In this document: piece by piece, positions 35,138 through 44,310 of the stretch | Numbering within the stretch: the stretch's first letter is position 1 | Layout: the number at the start of each line of letters is the position of its first letter | Assembly: GCA_043767805.1 (NCBI GenBank) | Contig: JAYUGC010000014.1 | Span: 21,050-85,049, forward strand | Direction: 5' to 3' | From: Pseudomonadota bacterium | GTDB lineage: Bacteria; Bdellovibrionota; FAC87; UBA2466 | DNA length: 64,000 bases | Made by a program: the position numbers and the translations under genes | Notes under the pieces: model-generated | The model's database searches: none | Told to the model about the DNA's origin: nothing | What the model saw: the letters and a program-made list of their open reading frames with translations, nothing else

Positions 35138-36574
35138 GTGAAGGGTTCTCTACTCTTGGTTTCGTTGTGGCTCTCGGCGCTGGCGTTCGCCGCGCCCGGC
35201 TTCTTTGGCGAAAAAGGCGACGGCTATCGCCCGCGCTGCTTAACGAATCCCGCGTCCCGGACGCATCTATTTTTCACCTGGAAAGAATCTGAAAAGACCG
35301 AGCGCAAAATTTGGGCGCGCGTGCGCCGCTTGTCTTGCGGGCAGTGGCGCTCGGCCGGCTCCTGGCTCGCGGTACATTCCTGGACGGAAGTCGCTCCCAA
35401 TCAAGACGTCGTTCTCGGCTACCGTCTCGATGCGGCCACGCGCGAAGCGCTTCGCCAAGTTCGTTATGGGGCGAGTGAGCTGCGCGCGGAGCCCAAAGCC
35501 GCCGACTGGATCCGCGCCCACCCTATCGGGAAGTACACCCACGAGGTGAACGTCGCGCTCACCCAACGTTTCGGCATGGGCTTCTCGGGCGACGTCTATC
35601 AGGCATGGATCGAGCTTCGTCCCGAAAATCATTCGGTGAGAGATCGGTATCGCTACTGGTTCAATGAAGTGCGCAAAGACGCGTCTCGCACGGACTCGCT
35701 CCGCCAAAGAATGAAGGGCCGCAAGGTGCTCATCTCTCTCGGCATGGGCTGGGATCCCAAATCGGCTTCCGTTGGCAGCGAAGTGGATACGTTCGCGCGC
35801 GAGATCGGCGCGATGGGCGCCGACGTCACCATCTTGAAGAACTATCCGTTCGACGACATTCAAAGCAACGTGGGCATTCTCTGGGAGCAGTTGAACGGCG
35901 AGCTCAATAAAGGAAGCGACGTCATTTTAATCGGCATGTGCAAGGGCTCGGTCGAGCTCATGGCCGCGTACTCACTCGCGACTCGTCAGTACCTCGACGC
36001 GCAAAAATCGCAAAACTCGAGAGCCCCGGGCCGTGGCCGGGTCGTTGCTTACTTAAATCTCTCCGGCATGATCGGGGGCACGTTCTTGGGCGATGTCCTA
36101 AACCGCGTGCCTTTTCACGAAACGATCAGCGCTTACCTCCATGACGATTTCAAGGGCACCAAGCACGAGATCGGCCAGGCGCTACTTCAGTTAGAAACCA
36201 TGGGCACGGCAGAGATCAGAAAATTCACGGCCAGCACTTGGGGCAAGGGCGTCCCCGCGGACACCGTCTATTTTAACGTCGTCGGCGTTCCGCCGGAATC
36301 CGGGATCGCGCCTTACGAAACGGGTCTGCTAAAGAGCCTGCGCGCCGGAATCCGGCGCTACCAGCTCTCGAATGCGGCGAGCGATGCTTACATCGAGTAC
36401 CCGTTGAACGAGCTTCCCGCGGGCCTTGGCAAAACTCAGTACACGCTCGTGTTGCCCGGCTCTCATATGTTGTGGGACGGCGTCTATCAGGGTGAAGTTA
36501 TGAGCAAGACGGAAAATCGTCAGGCCCTGACAATGGCGATGTTTCACACACTGCTCGACGTGATCCCGGACTAA
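35138..36574 (+). CDS. Secreted hypothetical protein (possible alpha/beta-hydrolase-like with G-x-C-x-G elbow)
   Basis: GTG start with RBS AAGTGAGG. Signal MKGSLLLVSLWLSALAFAA. Motif VILIGMCKGSVEL. Confidence 0.45.
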   Translation: MKGSLLLVSLWLSALAFAAPGFFGEKGDGYRPRCLTNPASRTHLFFTWKESEKTERKIWARVRRLSCGQWRSAGSWLAVHSWTEVAPNQDVVLGYRLDAATREALRQVRYGASELRAEPKAADWIRAHPIGKYTHEVNVALTQRFGMGFSGDVYQAWIELRPENHSVRDRYRYWFNEVRKDASRTDSLRQRMKGRKVLISLGMGWDPKSASVGSEVDTFAREIGAMGADVTILKNYPFDDIQSNVGILWEQLNGELNKGSDVILIGMCKGSVELMAAYSLATRQYLDAQKSQNSRAPGRGRVVAYLNLSGMIGGTFLGDVLNRVPFHETISAYLHDDFKGTKHEIGQALLQLETMGTAEIRKFTASTWGKGVPADTVYFNVVGVPPESGIAPYETGLLKSLRAGIRRYQLSNAASDAYIEYPLNELPAGLGKTQYTLVLPGSHMLWDGVYQGEVMSKTENRQALTMAMFHTLLDVIPD

Positions 36575-37446
36575 TAGCGGCCAGAGTCGTGTATGAGCTG
36601 CGCGAACTTCGCCTGTCCGTTCGGGCCGAGGTGATAGCAGTCGACGCTGAAGTACTCTGCGAGAAAATCGGTACTCAGCGCGCCCAGCATGATTTCAAAC
36701 GAGTTGAACTTGGAGCGGTGATTCCATTTGTCCACGAGCACGGACATCGCGAGGTCCAAAGCTTCCGAGCGCGGCTTGACGAACTCTTCCAAGGTTCCGT
36801 CTTTGGCCTTGCGCGCAAAGCCCATGCAGTAGGGAAAGAACTTGTTCCAGGAATCCTCGCAGCGGTACTCCGTTTTGCCGTGGTACCAGACGTGGCCCTT
36901 TAAGGTCGCGAACACTTTATCCACGCGGGCCATCGGAATGAGAATGGCGCGCGAGCCGGAATGGGTCGCGTCCCATTTGGAGAGCGCGCGATCGAAGCCC
37001 TGAATGATTCCCGCGACGAGATCCTCCACGGCGGCGGGGTTGTCGCAAAGATCGTTGTGACCGGAGAAGAAGAAGGCGAGGGCGCCTGAGCCCTGCTCCA
37101 CGAGCTGGGATTTCAGGTCTCCCGCCTTCGACGCGGTCACCGCATGATTCTCAACTTCCACGACTGAGCCATCACGGCGCAAGATATCCGCGAGCTGATT
37201 GGGCCAAGCGCGTTTCTTGTCTTCGTGGGCCGCGATGTAGTGACCCTCACCGGTGAGCCGAAACATCGCGCCGTCCGACATGATTTTCCCGATGTCCTTC
37301 AGAGAAGGCGGGTTCATCAGACTCAAGTGGCTCAGGAAACCGGCGGTGAGAGAGTCGCCGTAGGTCTCCAGGCGATAACCCGACGAGGCGAGCGCAACCG
37401 TGCTCAAAAAAAAGGAGAGATAAGTCCAGGCGCGGAACGGTGGCAT
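36571..37446 (-). CDS. SGNH/GDSL-family hydrolase (secreted esterase/lipase-like)
   Basis: Block I YGDSLTAG, block III GHNDL, block V DCYHL (Asp/His of the catalytic triad). Signal peptide. Confidence 0.75.
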   Translation of the reverse strand: MPPFRAWTYLSFFLSTVALASSGYRLETYGDSLTAGFLSHLSLMNPPSLKDIGKIMSDGAMFRLTGEGHYIAAHEDKKRAWPNQLADILRRDGSVVEVENHAVTASKAGDLKSQLVEQGSGALAFFFSGHNDLCDNPAAVEDLVAGIIQGFDRALSKWDATHSGSRAILIPMARVDKVFATLKGHVWYHGKTEYRCEDSWNKFFPYCMGFARKAKDGTLEEFVKPRSEALDLAMSVLVDKWNHRSKFNSFEIMLGALSTDFLAEYFSVDCYHLGPNGQAKFAQLIHDSGRY

Positions 37447-37596
37447 GTGAGACCCCTCAAAAACCTAACTTTGACTTACCGCGACGAAGGAGGCCCGGGA
37501 AGAAAAAAGTCTCCGCGCTGGGGAATCTTTTTCCGCCTAGCGGAACTGTTTTCCCCTATCAGCGTATCGGTTTTCAGGGATTTCAGCGAGTTAAAG

Positions 37597-37612
37597 TGGC
37601 ATCGGGGTTGCA
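37597..37612 (+). promoter_or_regulatory. Candidate sigma-54 (-24/-12) promoter upstream of flgF
   Basis: TGGCAT-CGGGG-TTGCA vs consensus TGGCAC-N5-TTGCW: GG/GC spacing correct, one mismatch. Sits 65 nt upstream of the flgF ATG. Confidence 0.6.
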
Positions 37613-37676
37613 GGAGAGAAGAGACGCACCCCTTCGTCTTCTTATCGGTTTTTTTCCCCCAGTACTTGAGAGGCAA

Positions 37677-38522
37677 ATGGATAAAGGAATCTATACGGCG
37701 CTTTCGGGCGGCATCGCTCGGGGCCACGAAGTCGAGATCCTCGCCAACAACTTGGCGAACGTGAACACGCCTGGCTTCAAGCGCGATCAGGGGACGTTCA
37801 ACGAGTATCTCACCGAGCTTCGGCGTCCGGACTCGGTGGAAGGCTTGAAGCGGGAGATCGTCAACGCCGCTTCGCCGGACGGCCGTCCAGCGGGCGATAA
37901 AAGTTTCGTCGAGATGGACGGGGTCTATACGGATTATCGCCAAGGCGCGCTTCAAAAGACCAACCGCGATCTAGACGTCGCCATCGACGGCAAAGGTTTC
38001 TTCGAAGTGCTCACGCCGGCGGGCATTCGTTACTCACGCCAGGGAAATTTCACCTTGGACGGAGAGGGCCGCCTCGTAAACGGCGCGGGCCATCTCGTGC
38101 TCGCCCGCGATCCTCGTTTGACGCAAACCCTGCCAGCGGGAGCTCGCTTCGAGCCCACCGCGCCTGAATCGCGCGTCATTCAGATGGGCCGTATCGGCCG
38201 TCCTGAAATGACGCCCGACGGCCGCGTGATGCAGAACGGCGCGGAAGTTGCGAGTCTTTCTATCGTCGAGTTTCATGAGTCTCAGTGGCTCGAGAAGATG
38301 GGCAACGGCTTGTACCGCAACACGCACGAGAACAATTTAAAGCACGCGGCGCCGGAAAGCTCCATTCATCAAGGCTTCATCGAAGGCTCCAACGTAAACC
38401 CCGTCCAAGAAATGACCCGCCTCATCGAGGCCACTCGCGCCTATGAGTCCCAGCTGCAAACCATCAAATCCTACGGCGAGATCGATTCGCGTTCCGTGAA
38501 CGACATCGCCCGTCAACGTTAA
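37677..38522 (+). CDS. flgF: Flagellar basal-body rod protein FlgF
   Basis: MDKGIYTALSGGIARGHEVEILANNLANVNTPGFKRD is the flagellar rod N-terminal signature. 281 aa. C-terminal rod motif. Confidence 0.8.
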   Translation: MDKGIYTALSGGIARGHEVEILANNLANVNTPGFKRDQGTFNEYLTELRRPDSVEGLKREIVNAASPDGRPAGDKSFVEMDGVYTDYRQGALQKTNRDLDVAIDGKGFFEVLTPAGIRYSRQGNFTLDGEGRLVNGAGHLVLARDPRLTQTLPAGARFEPTAPESRVIQMGRIGRPEMTPDGRVMQNGAEVASLSIVEFHESQWLEKMGNGLYRNTHENNLKHAAPESSIHQGFIEGSNVNPVQEMTRLIEATRAYESQLQTIKSYGEIDSRSVNDIARQR

Positions 38523-38552
38523 CCCTCTGCTCAACTTTTTGGAGAAGAACCC

Positions 38553-39335
38553 ATGGTAAACGCTCTGCACTCCGCCGCTTCCGGCATGGAAGCTCAAATG
38601 GAGCAAATCGAAAACATCGCCAACAACCTGGCCAATGTGAACACCACGGGCTTCAAGCGCTCCCGCGCCGAGTTTCAGGATCTTTTGTACGAGACCTTGC
38701 AGGAGCCCGGAGCGAATACCTCCGCGCAGACTCAAGCGCCGGTCGGCATTCAGCGCGGCATGGGCGTTACCGTCTCGGGAACCCAGCGTAATTTCGAGCA
38801 GGGCTCTCCCCAGAGCACGAACCGCGATCTCGACGTCATGATCAAAGGCGACGGCTTCTTCGTGGTCCAGCTTCCCAATGGCGAACCGGGCTTCCGCCGG
38901 GACGGCTCCTTCTTTAAGAGCGCGAACGGCCGCATCGAGACCAACGACGGCTATCCGCTGCAGCCGGAAATCGTCGTGCCTCAGGGCGCGCGGAAAATCG
39001 AAATCTCGGAAGAGGGGGAAGTGCGCGCGGTCTTCAACGAGAACGAGAAAACCCAGATCGGGCAAATTCAGCTCGCTACTTTCGTCAATAACGGCGGCTT
39101 GAAAACCATGGGTAAGAACATTTACCTCGCGACCGAAGCGAGCGGCCCGGCCAATCTCGCCACTCCGGGTGACGGGCTCGCGGGCGGTCTTCTGCAGCAG
39201 CATTTGGAAGCGTCCAATGTCGACATCGTGCGCGAGATGACGAATATGATTTCCGCCCAGCGCGCCTTCGAGCTCAACTCGAAGGTGGTCCAGTCCGTCG
39301 ATCAAATTCTCCAACACACGGTGAGCATCCGATGA
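38553..39335 (+). CDS. flgG: Flagellar basal-body rod protein FlgG
   Basis: MVNALHSAASGMEAQMEQIENIANNLANVNTTGFKR. 260 aa, typical of FlgG. Confidence 0.85.
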   Translation: MVNALHSAASGMEAQMEQIENIANNLANVNTTGFKRSRAEFQDLLYETLQEPGANTSAQTQAPVGIQRGMGVTVSGTQRNFEQGSPQSTNRDLDVMIKGDGFFVVQLPNGEPGFRRDGSFFKSANGRIETNDGYPLQPEIVVPQGARKIEISEEGEVRAVFNENEKTQIGQIQLATFVNNGGLKTMGKNIYLATEASGPANLATPGDGLAGGLLQQHLEASNVDIVREMTNMISAQRAFELNSKVVQSVDQILQHTVSIR

Positions 39336-39955
39336 AAAAATGGCTGATTCTGCTTCTCGCCGCTAGCGCTTACGGCGCCAGCACGCCCGAAGCGGCTCTC
39401 GAAAAAGCGGTACGTAAATCATTGGGTCATCCCGCCACCGTCGAGGTTCATAAGGTGAGCCTCAATCTTCCGTGGCCGGGAAACGCCGAAGTGCGTCTCT
39501 TGAATCCCGATCACCCCTATGGCCTGGTGGCCTTCGAAGGGGGAGGGGTGAACGGAACCGCGGAAGTGCGGGCGGTGGCGAGCGTCGTCGTTGCTTCCAT
39601 GCCTATCTACGACGGTGATTCGTTCACGTCGAGCAACACCCGATTAGAAGAGCGCGAGCTTACGCGAGTAGCGGCCGGCGGGTACCACACTGATTTAAAG
39701 ACGCTCGCTCCCATGCGCGCGCGCGGGCGGGTGATGGCTGGCTCGGTCATCGGCATTCGACAGACTCAGGCCCCGGTGCTGGTACAGCCCGGCCAGCTGG
39801 TCGATCTCGTCATCGATCGCAACGGCATGAAGGTGAAAGCCCGGGTCGAAGCGCTGCAGAGAGGCCGCGACCAGGAGTGGATCCGCGTGCGCAATCCCAG
39901 CACCAAAAAAGTGCTCCAGGCGAAAGTGGTCGAAGAGGGCACGGTTACCCTCTAG
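39332..39955 (+). CDS. flgA: Flagellar basal-body P-ring formation chaperone FlgA
   Basis: Signal peptide. C-terminal SAF-like domain. Position between flgG and flgH. Confidence 0.65.
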   Translation: MKKWLILLLAASAYGASTPEAALEKAVRKSLGHPATVEVHKVSLNLPWPGNAEVRLLNPDHPYGLVAFEGGGVNGTAEVRAVASVVVASMPIYDGDSFTSSNTRLEERELTRVAAGGYHTDLKTLAPMRARGRVMAGSVIGIRQTQAPVLVQPGQLVDLVIDRNGMKVKARVEALQRGRDQEWIRVRNPSTKKVLQAKVVEEGTVTL

Positions 39956-39965
39956 AGGAGAAGTT

Positions 39966-40598
39966 ATGCGTTGGATTTCCTTTTTTCTGTTTAGCGTCCT
40001 GGCGGTAGCGGCTCTTGGGGGCTGTGCCACGGCGGACTTGCGTCCCATAGTCGATAACAAAAAGCCCAAGCCGGTCGTCGTTGCGCCCCGCAAGGAATGC
40101 CCGAAAGAACTGGGCTCCATTTGGTGTGAGAACTCCGACTGGAACGACATCTATTCGGAAGCGCCCAATCGTTTCCCGGGCGATACCATTTTGGTCAAGC
40201 TCACGCCTCGCTTTAGACAGCAGATGCTCCGCCGCCTGAAGCACGACTACCCCATCCGCGTGAAAACTAAGGTCGAGGGGGTCGACAAGCTGAAGCCCAA
40301 GGTCGTCGCCAAGATCGAAAATACCAGCAATGCTTTGGCGGACGACGATACCCAGCAGATTTACGTGACCATCACCGAAGTGCTCCCGCGCTATCTCTAC
40401 AAAGTGAAAGCGCAGGAGACCGTTCGTCTCGGATCCCGCGAGCCTATCATCACCCTTGAGGGCGAGATTCGTAACCGCGACATCCAGGGCGACGAAAGCG
40501 TCAGCTCGGACAACATCATGAATAGCGCCTTCGACGTGAAGCCGTACGGCGGCGATCGCCAGATCGCCTCGGAAGAAGCAGCTGAGGAAAACTCATGA
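39966..40598 (+). CDS. flgH: Flagellar L-ring lipoprotein FlgH
   Basis: Lipobox LGGCA. About 210 aa. Position before flgI. Confidence 0.7.
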   Translation: MRWISFFLFSVLAVAALGGCATADLRPIVDNKKPKPVVVAPRKECPKELGSIWCENSDWNDIYSEAPNRFPGDTILVKLTPRFRQQMLRRLKHDYPIRVKTKVEGVDKLKPKVVAKIENTSNALADDDTQQIYVTITEVLPRYLYKVKAQETVRLGSREPIITLEGEIRNRDIQGDESVSSDNIMNSAFDVKPYGGDRQIASEEAAEENS

Positions 40599-41638
40599 AA
40601 ACCCTTTTACTGGCCCTCTCTCTGTGCGCGGGTTCGGCTCACGCGACCCGCATCAAGGATCTCGCTCAGATCCGGGGCGCGCGCACCAATCAGCTTTCGG
40701 GCTACGGCTTGGTCGTCGGTCTCTCCAATACCGGCGATAAGAGCTTCGCGCTCACCGATAGCTCGCTGGCTCTCATCGTCAAAGGGCTTGGCGTCGAGCA
40801 AAAGCCCAACGGCAAATCGGAAAGCCGAAACGCCGCGGCGGTCATGGTCACGACGGTCCTCCCGGCGTTCAGCCGGGTAGGCTCCCAGCTTGACGTCACC
40901 GTATCGTCTATCGGCACCGCCACGTCTCTCGATGGCGGCACGCTCATGATGACGGCGTTAAAAGGCGCGGACGGCAAAATTTACTCCATGGCGCAAGGCA
41001 AGCTCGTGACCACGAAGCGCAATGAGCGCATTCGCGGCGGTCCCACGGGACAGAGCATGGTGACGGCGGGTATTCCCGGCGGCGGTCTCGTCGAAAAAGA
41101 AGTGCAGTTCGACATGACCCAGCAGCACGAGATCGAGTACCAGCTGCTCGCGGCGGATTTTACGACTTCCGCTCGGATCGCGCGCGCCATTAACGAGGAG
41201 CTCGGCGGCAAGTACGCCACCCCTCAAGACGCCGGCGCGGTGCACGTGATTTTTCCTTACTCCCACACGGGCACGCCGGTGGATCTCATCGCGCAGATCG
41301 AGAACATCGAAGTCGAAGCCGACAGACGCGCGAAGATCGTCATCAACCAGCGTACCGGCACCATCGTGCTCGGCTCGCAGGTGAAAATTTTGCCCGTCGC
41401 CATCGCTCACAACAACTTGTCCGTCGAAGTGCGCGAGCCCGCGTCCATTTCGGCGAGCGGCCTGGGTCTTGAAGCCCCCGCGAAGCCCCGTCGCGTGATG
41501 ATGATGGAAAGAGGCGCCACCATGGCGGACCTCGTTTCCGGATTAAACGAAATGGGAGCGTCCGCCGACGATCTTGTCGCACTGGTTCAATCGTTAAAAG
41601 TCTCTGGGGCGCTTGTGGCCGAGGTGGTGATACAATGA
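40595..41638 (+). CDS. flgI: Flagellar P-ring protein FlgI
   Basis: Signal peptide, then RIKDLAQIRGARTNQLSGYGLVVGLSNTGD, the conserved FlgI N-terminus. 347 aa. Confidence 0.85.
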   Translation: MKTLLLALSLCAGSAHATRIKDLAQIRGARTNQLSGYGLVVGLSNTGDKSFALTDSSLALIVKGLGVEQKPNGKSESRNAAAVMVTTVLPAFSRVGSQLDVTVSSIGTATSLDGGTLMMTALKGADGKIYSMAQGKLVTTKRNERIRGGPTGQSMVTAGIPGGGLVEKEVQFDMTQQHEIEYQLLAADFTTSARIARAINEELGGKYATPQDAGAVHVIFPYSHTGTPVDLIAQIENIEVEADRRAKIVINQRTGTIVLGSQVKILPVAIAHNNLSVEVREPASISASGLGLEAPAKPRRVMMMERGATMADLVSGLNEMGASADDLVALVQSLKVSGALVAEVVIQ

Positions 41639-41931
41639 AAATAGCCCCACCCGCATCATCGCCCATGGCCCAAGCTCCCCAAGACGCTCAGAACGCCCAA
41701 GACGAAAAGCTCATGGCCGTTTCCAAGCAGTTCGAGGGGATCTTCGTGAACCAAATGGTTTCGGCCATGCGTAAAACGGTAGTGCGTCAGGGTATCGTGC
41801 CTGAGAGTCACGCTGAGCGCGTCTATCAGGGCATGCTGGACCAAGAGCATGCGCAGCACATCACGGAAAGCGGCGAGCTCGGCCTCGCCAACTTGGTGTA
41901 CCAGCATTTGAAGACTCAATCGTCTCGGTGA
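41635..41931 (+). CDS. flgJ: Flagellar rod-binding protein (FlgJ N-terminal domain only; no muramidase domain)
   Basis: 98 aa. QFEGIFVNQMVSAMRK matches the rod-binding domain of FlgJ. ATGA overlap with flgI. Confidence 0.65.
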   Translation: MKIAPPASSPMAQAPQDAQNAQDEKLMAVSKQFEGIFVNQMVSAMRKTVVRQGIVPESHAERVYQGMLDQEHAQHITESGELGLANLVYQHLKTQSSR

Positions 41932-41962
41932 TACACTAGAGACGTAGACCAAAGGAGACGCC

Positions 41963-42289
41963 ATGAAGGTCACTAATAATCCGTCCGCCAATACGCAGCT
42001 CATCGACTCGACGCGTGCTGCTTCAACCACCAAAGGGACGGAAAAAGCCATCGAAAGCGGCCGCAAGGCGGCGTCGGCGGCGGGCTCTCAAGTGACGATT
42101 TCTGAACGGGCTCAGCTGATGAACCAGGCTTCGGAAGTCGCTCACAATGCTCCCGACGTTCGCCGGGAAAAAGTGGACGCGCTGAAAGCTCAGATTCTGG
42201 GCGGCACCTACAAGATCGACAGCGAGACCATCGCCGAGAAGCTCCTCCAGAGCCACGTCGATTCCGATTTCGGCAAAAATAATCTGTAA
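41963..42289 (+). CDS. flgM: Anti-sigma-28 factor FlgM
   Basis: 108 aa. C-terminal VRREKVDALKAQILGGTYKIDSETIAEKLL is the FlgM sigma-28-binding helix pattern. Confidence 0.75.
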   Translation: MKVTNNPSANTQLIDSTRAASTTKGTEKAIESGRKAASAAGSQVTISERAQLMNQASEVAHNAPDVRREKVDALKAQILGGTYKIDSETIAEKLLQSHVDSDFGKNNL

Positions 42290-42361
42290 GCAATCGACCT
42301 CCTGAAAGATAAGGACGATTGTCCTGAGCCGTAGGCGAAGGATCCTCTCCTTAAATTGACC

Positions 42362-42841
42362 ATGGAACAGGCACACGCGCACGTCTTCGACCTCCACGAG
42401 GAGTGTATTCGGCTCTGTGCGGAGCTACGTCTTTGCCTGGGCCGGGAGCGGGCATTTCTGGTCGAGCTGAAGGTCTCCGAAATTCCTCACGTGACGCTCC
42501 AGAAGGAAAGCCTCGTGCTTTCCCTGACGAGAAAGCGCCGGGAGCTCAAAGAGTACATCCTGCATTGTTACGGCTACGAGAAAGTCTCCTTGTTCGCGGA
42601 GAAGCTCGAAGGCGACGATCGCGCGCGCTGGATCGAACGCGAGACGCGCTGGCGGATGGAATGGACCGAACTTCGCCAGGCCGTTCGCAGCAACCAAGAT
42701 TTTTTGAAGCATTCCCTCAAAATGTTCTCGACCCTCGCCGACAGCCTCAAGCGCTGTCTGGGCGAGCCGTCTCTGTACTCGGCCAAGGGCGCGCGGGTAG
42801 AGACTCAAGTCGAAGGCAAAGTCGTCGCTGGCAGTTACTAA
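42362..42841 (+). CDS. flgN: FlgN-like flagellar export chaperone
   Basis: About 160-aa helical protein between flgM and flgK, as in Bacillus/Campylobacter-type loci. Weak direct similarity. Start at ATG 42362. Confidence 0.5.
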   Translation: MEQAHAHVFDLHEECIRLCAELRLCLGRERAFLVELKVSEIPHVTLQKESLVLSLTRKRRELKEYILHCYGYEKVSLFAEKLEGDDRARWIERETRWRMEWTELRQAVRSNQDFLKHSLKMFSTLADSLKRCLGEPSLYSAKGARVETQVEGKVVAGSY

Positions 42842-42859
42842 TTCCCCGAAGAGGAGCGC

Positions 42860-44308
42860 ATGGCGATTTCAGAAATCCTCGATATCGGTAAATCGGGCAT
42901 GGCGGCCAACCGCCAGGCGATGAATACGGCTTCGAACAACATCGCCAACGCCAATACCCCCGGTTACTCCCGCCAGCGCGCCGTTTTTACTCCTACCGAG
43001 CAGACTTTCATCAACGGCGTGCGCATCGGCCGCGGCGTGCAGGTCAAAGAAGCGCTTCGCATTCACGACGTTTTCGTCGAAAAGCAGCTCATCGAAGAAG
43101 GTAAATCTTTTGGCTCGGCGAAGGCGCGCTCGGAAGTCTTGAAGCGGGTGGAAGGCTCGCTCGCAACCGACTCCAACCGCGTGACCGATCTGATGAACAA
43201 TTTCTTCAACGACGTGCGCGAGCTTTCGGTGAACCCGGAACAGGTCGCGCTCCGCTCGTCGGTGCTGATGTCGGCAAAGAACGCGGCCGGCGGCTTTCGC
43301 GAGCTGGGCGATTCGCTGCGAGGCATTCGCGAGAACCTAGACACGCAAATCGAGGTCGACGTCGTTCAGGTCAACTCGCTCGCCAAAGAGCTTGCGGGAC
43401 TAAACGTGAACATCGCTTCCGCCGCGGCTCGCGGCGTGGAAGCCCCTCACGAGCTTGAAGATCGCCGCCAGCAGGTCATGCAGGAGCTATCCGAAAAGAT
43501 GGGCGTCGACAGCACCACCGATCAGTTCGGCCGCAAGGTCGTGCAAATCGGCGGCATCGGCGTCCTGGTCAACGGCGATCAGGTGAACGAGCTCATTACC
43601 ATGCGGACTCCGCCGTCGGAAGGTAAGGCGGCCGGCTCCGTCGACATTTTCATCAAGGACGGCAATGGGCTGTCGAAAGTCACTTCCCGCATCGACCAGG
43701 GAAGCATCGGTGGCAGCATCCACGTCCGCGACAACCTCATTACGAAATCCTTGGGCGATCTCGATCGCTCGGCGTTTCAGTTCGCCTCTCGCGTGAACGA
43801 AATCCACCGCGAGGGGGTGGGCGCCGACGGACAGACGGGCAGAAATCTCCTCACCCAGCCCGACGGCGAGCACGACGCGAGCCAGTTCTTGAAATTATCA
43901 GCCGACCTCGAAGGCAATCCGGATGGCTTGGCGCTGGGCTACACGCCCAACGCGCCTTCCGATAACCGAGTGGCTTTGGAGCTGACTAAGCTCCAGGAAG
44001 AGAAAATCGTCCCGTCCCGGAGGCAAGGCGAGGGCACGCTCTCCCAAGGCGGCGGCCAGACTTTGAACGAGTCTCTTACGACTCTCGTAGGTGAAATTGG
44101 CCTGCAGACCCGCAACGAAGAGCAGGCATTTCAGCGCCAAGACAGCATCATGAAGCAGCTGAACAACTACCGCGAGTCCGTATCGGGCGTGAACCTCGAG
44201 GAAGAGGCGATGAACCTCATGCAGTATCAGACGGTTTACAATGCTTCCGCCAAGGCCATGAAGGTCGGCGCGGAGCTCTTTGATACCTTACTTCATATCG
44301 TCGATTGA
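42860..44308 (+). CDS. flgK: Flagellar hook-associated protein 1 FlgK
   Basis: ILDIGKSGMAANRQAMNTASNNIANANTPGYSRQ N-terminal signature. 482 aa. Confidence 0.85.
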   Translation: MAISEILDIGKSGMAANRQAMNTASNNIANANTPGYSRQRAVFTPTEQTFINGVRIGRGVQVKEALRIHDVFVEKQLIEEGKSFGSAKARSEVLKRVEGSLATDSNRVTDLMNNFFNDVRELSVNPEQVALRSSVLMSAKNAAGGFRELGDSLRGIRENLDTQIEVDVVQVNSLAKELAGLNVNIASAAARGVEAPHELEDRRQQVMQELSEKMGVDSTTDQFGRKVVQIGGIGVLVNGDQVNELITMRTPPSEGKAAGSVDIFIKDGNGLSKVTSRIDQGSIGGSIHVRDNLITKSLGDLDRSAFQFASRVNEIHREGVGADGQTGRNLLTQPDGEHDASQFLKLSADLEGNPDGLALGYTPNAPSDNRVALELTKLQEEKIVPSRRQGEGTLSQGGGQTLNESLTTLVGEIGLQTRNEEQAFQRQDSIMKQLNNYRESVSGVNLEEEAMNLMQYQTVYNASAKAMKVGAELFDTLLHIVD

Positions 44309-44310
44309 TT

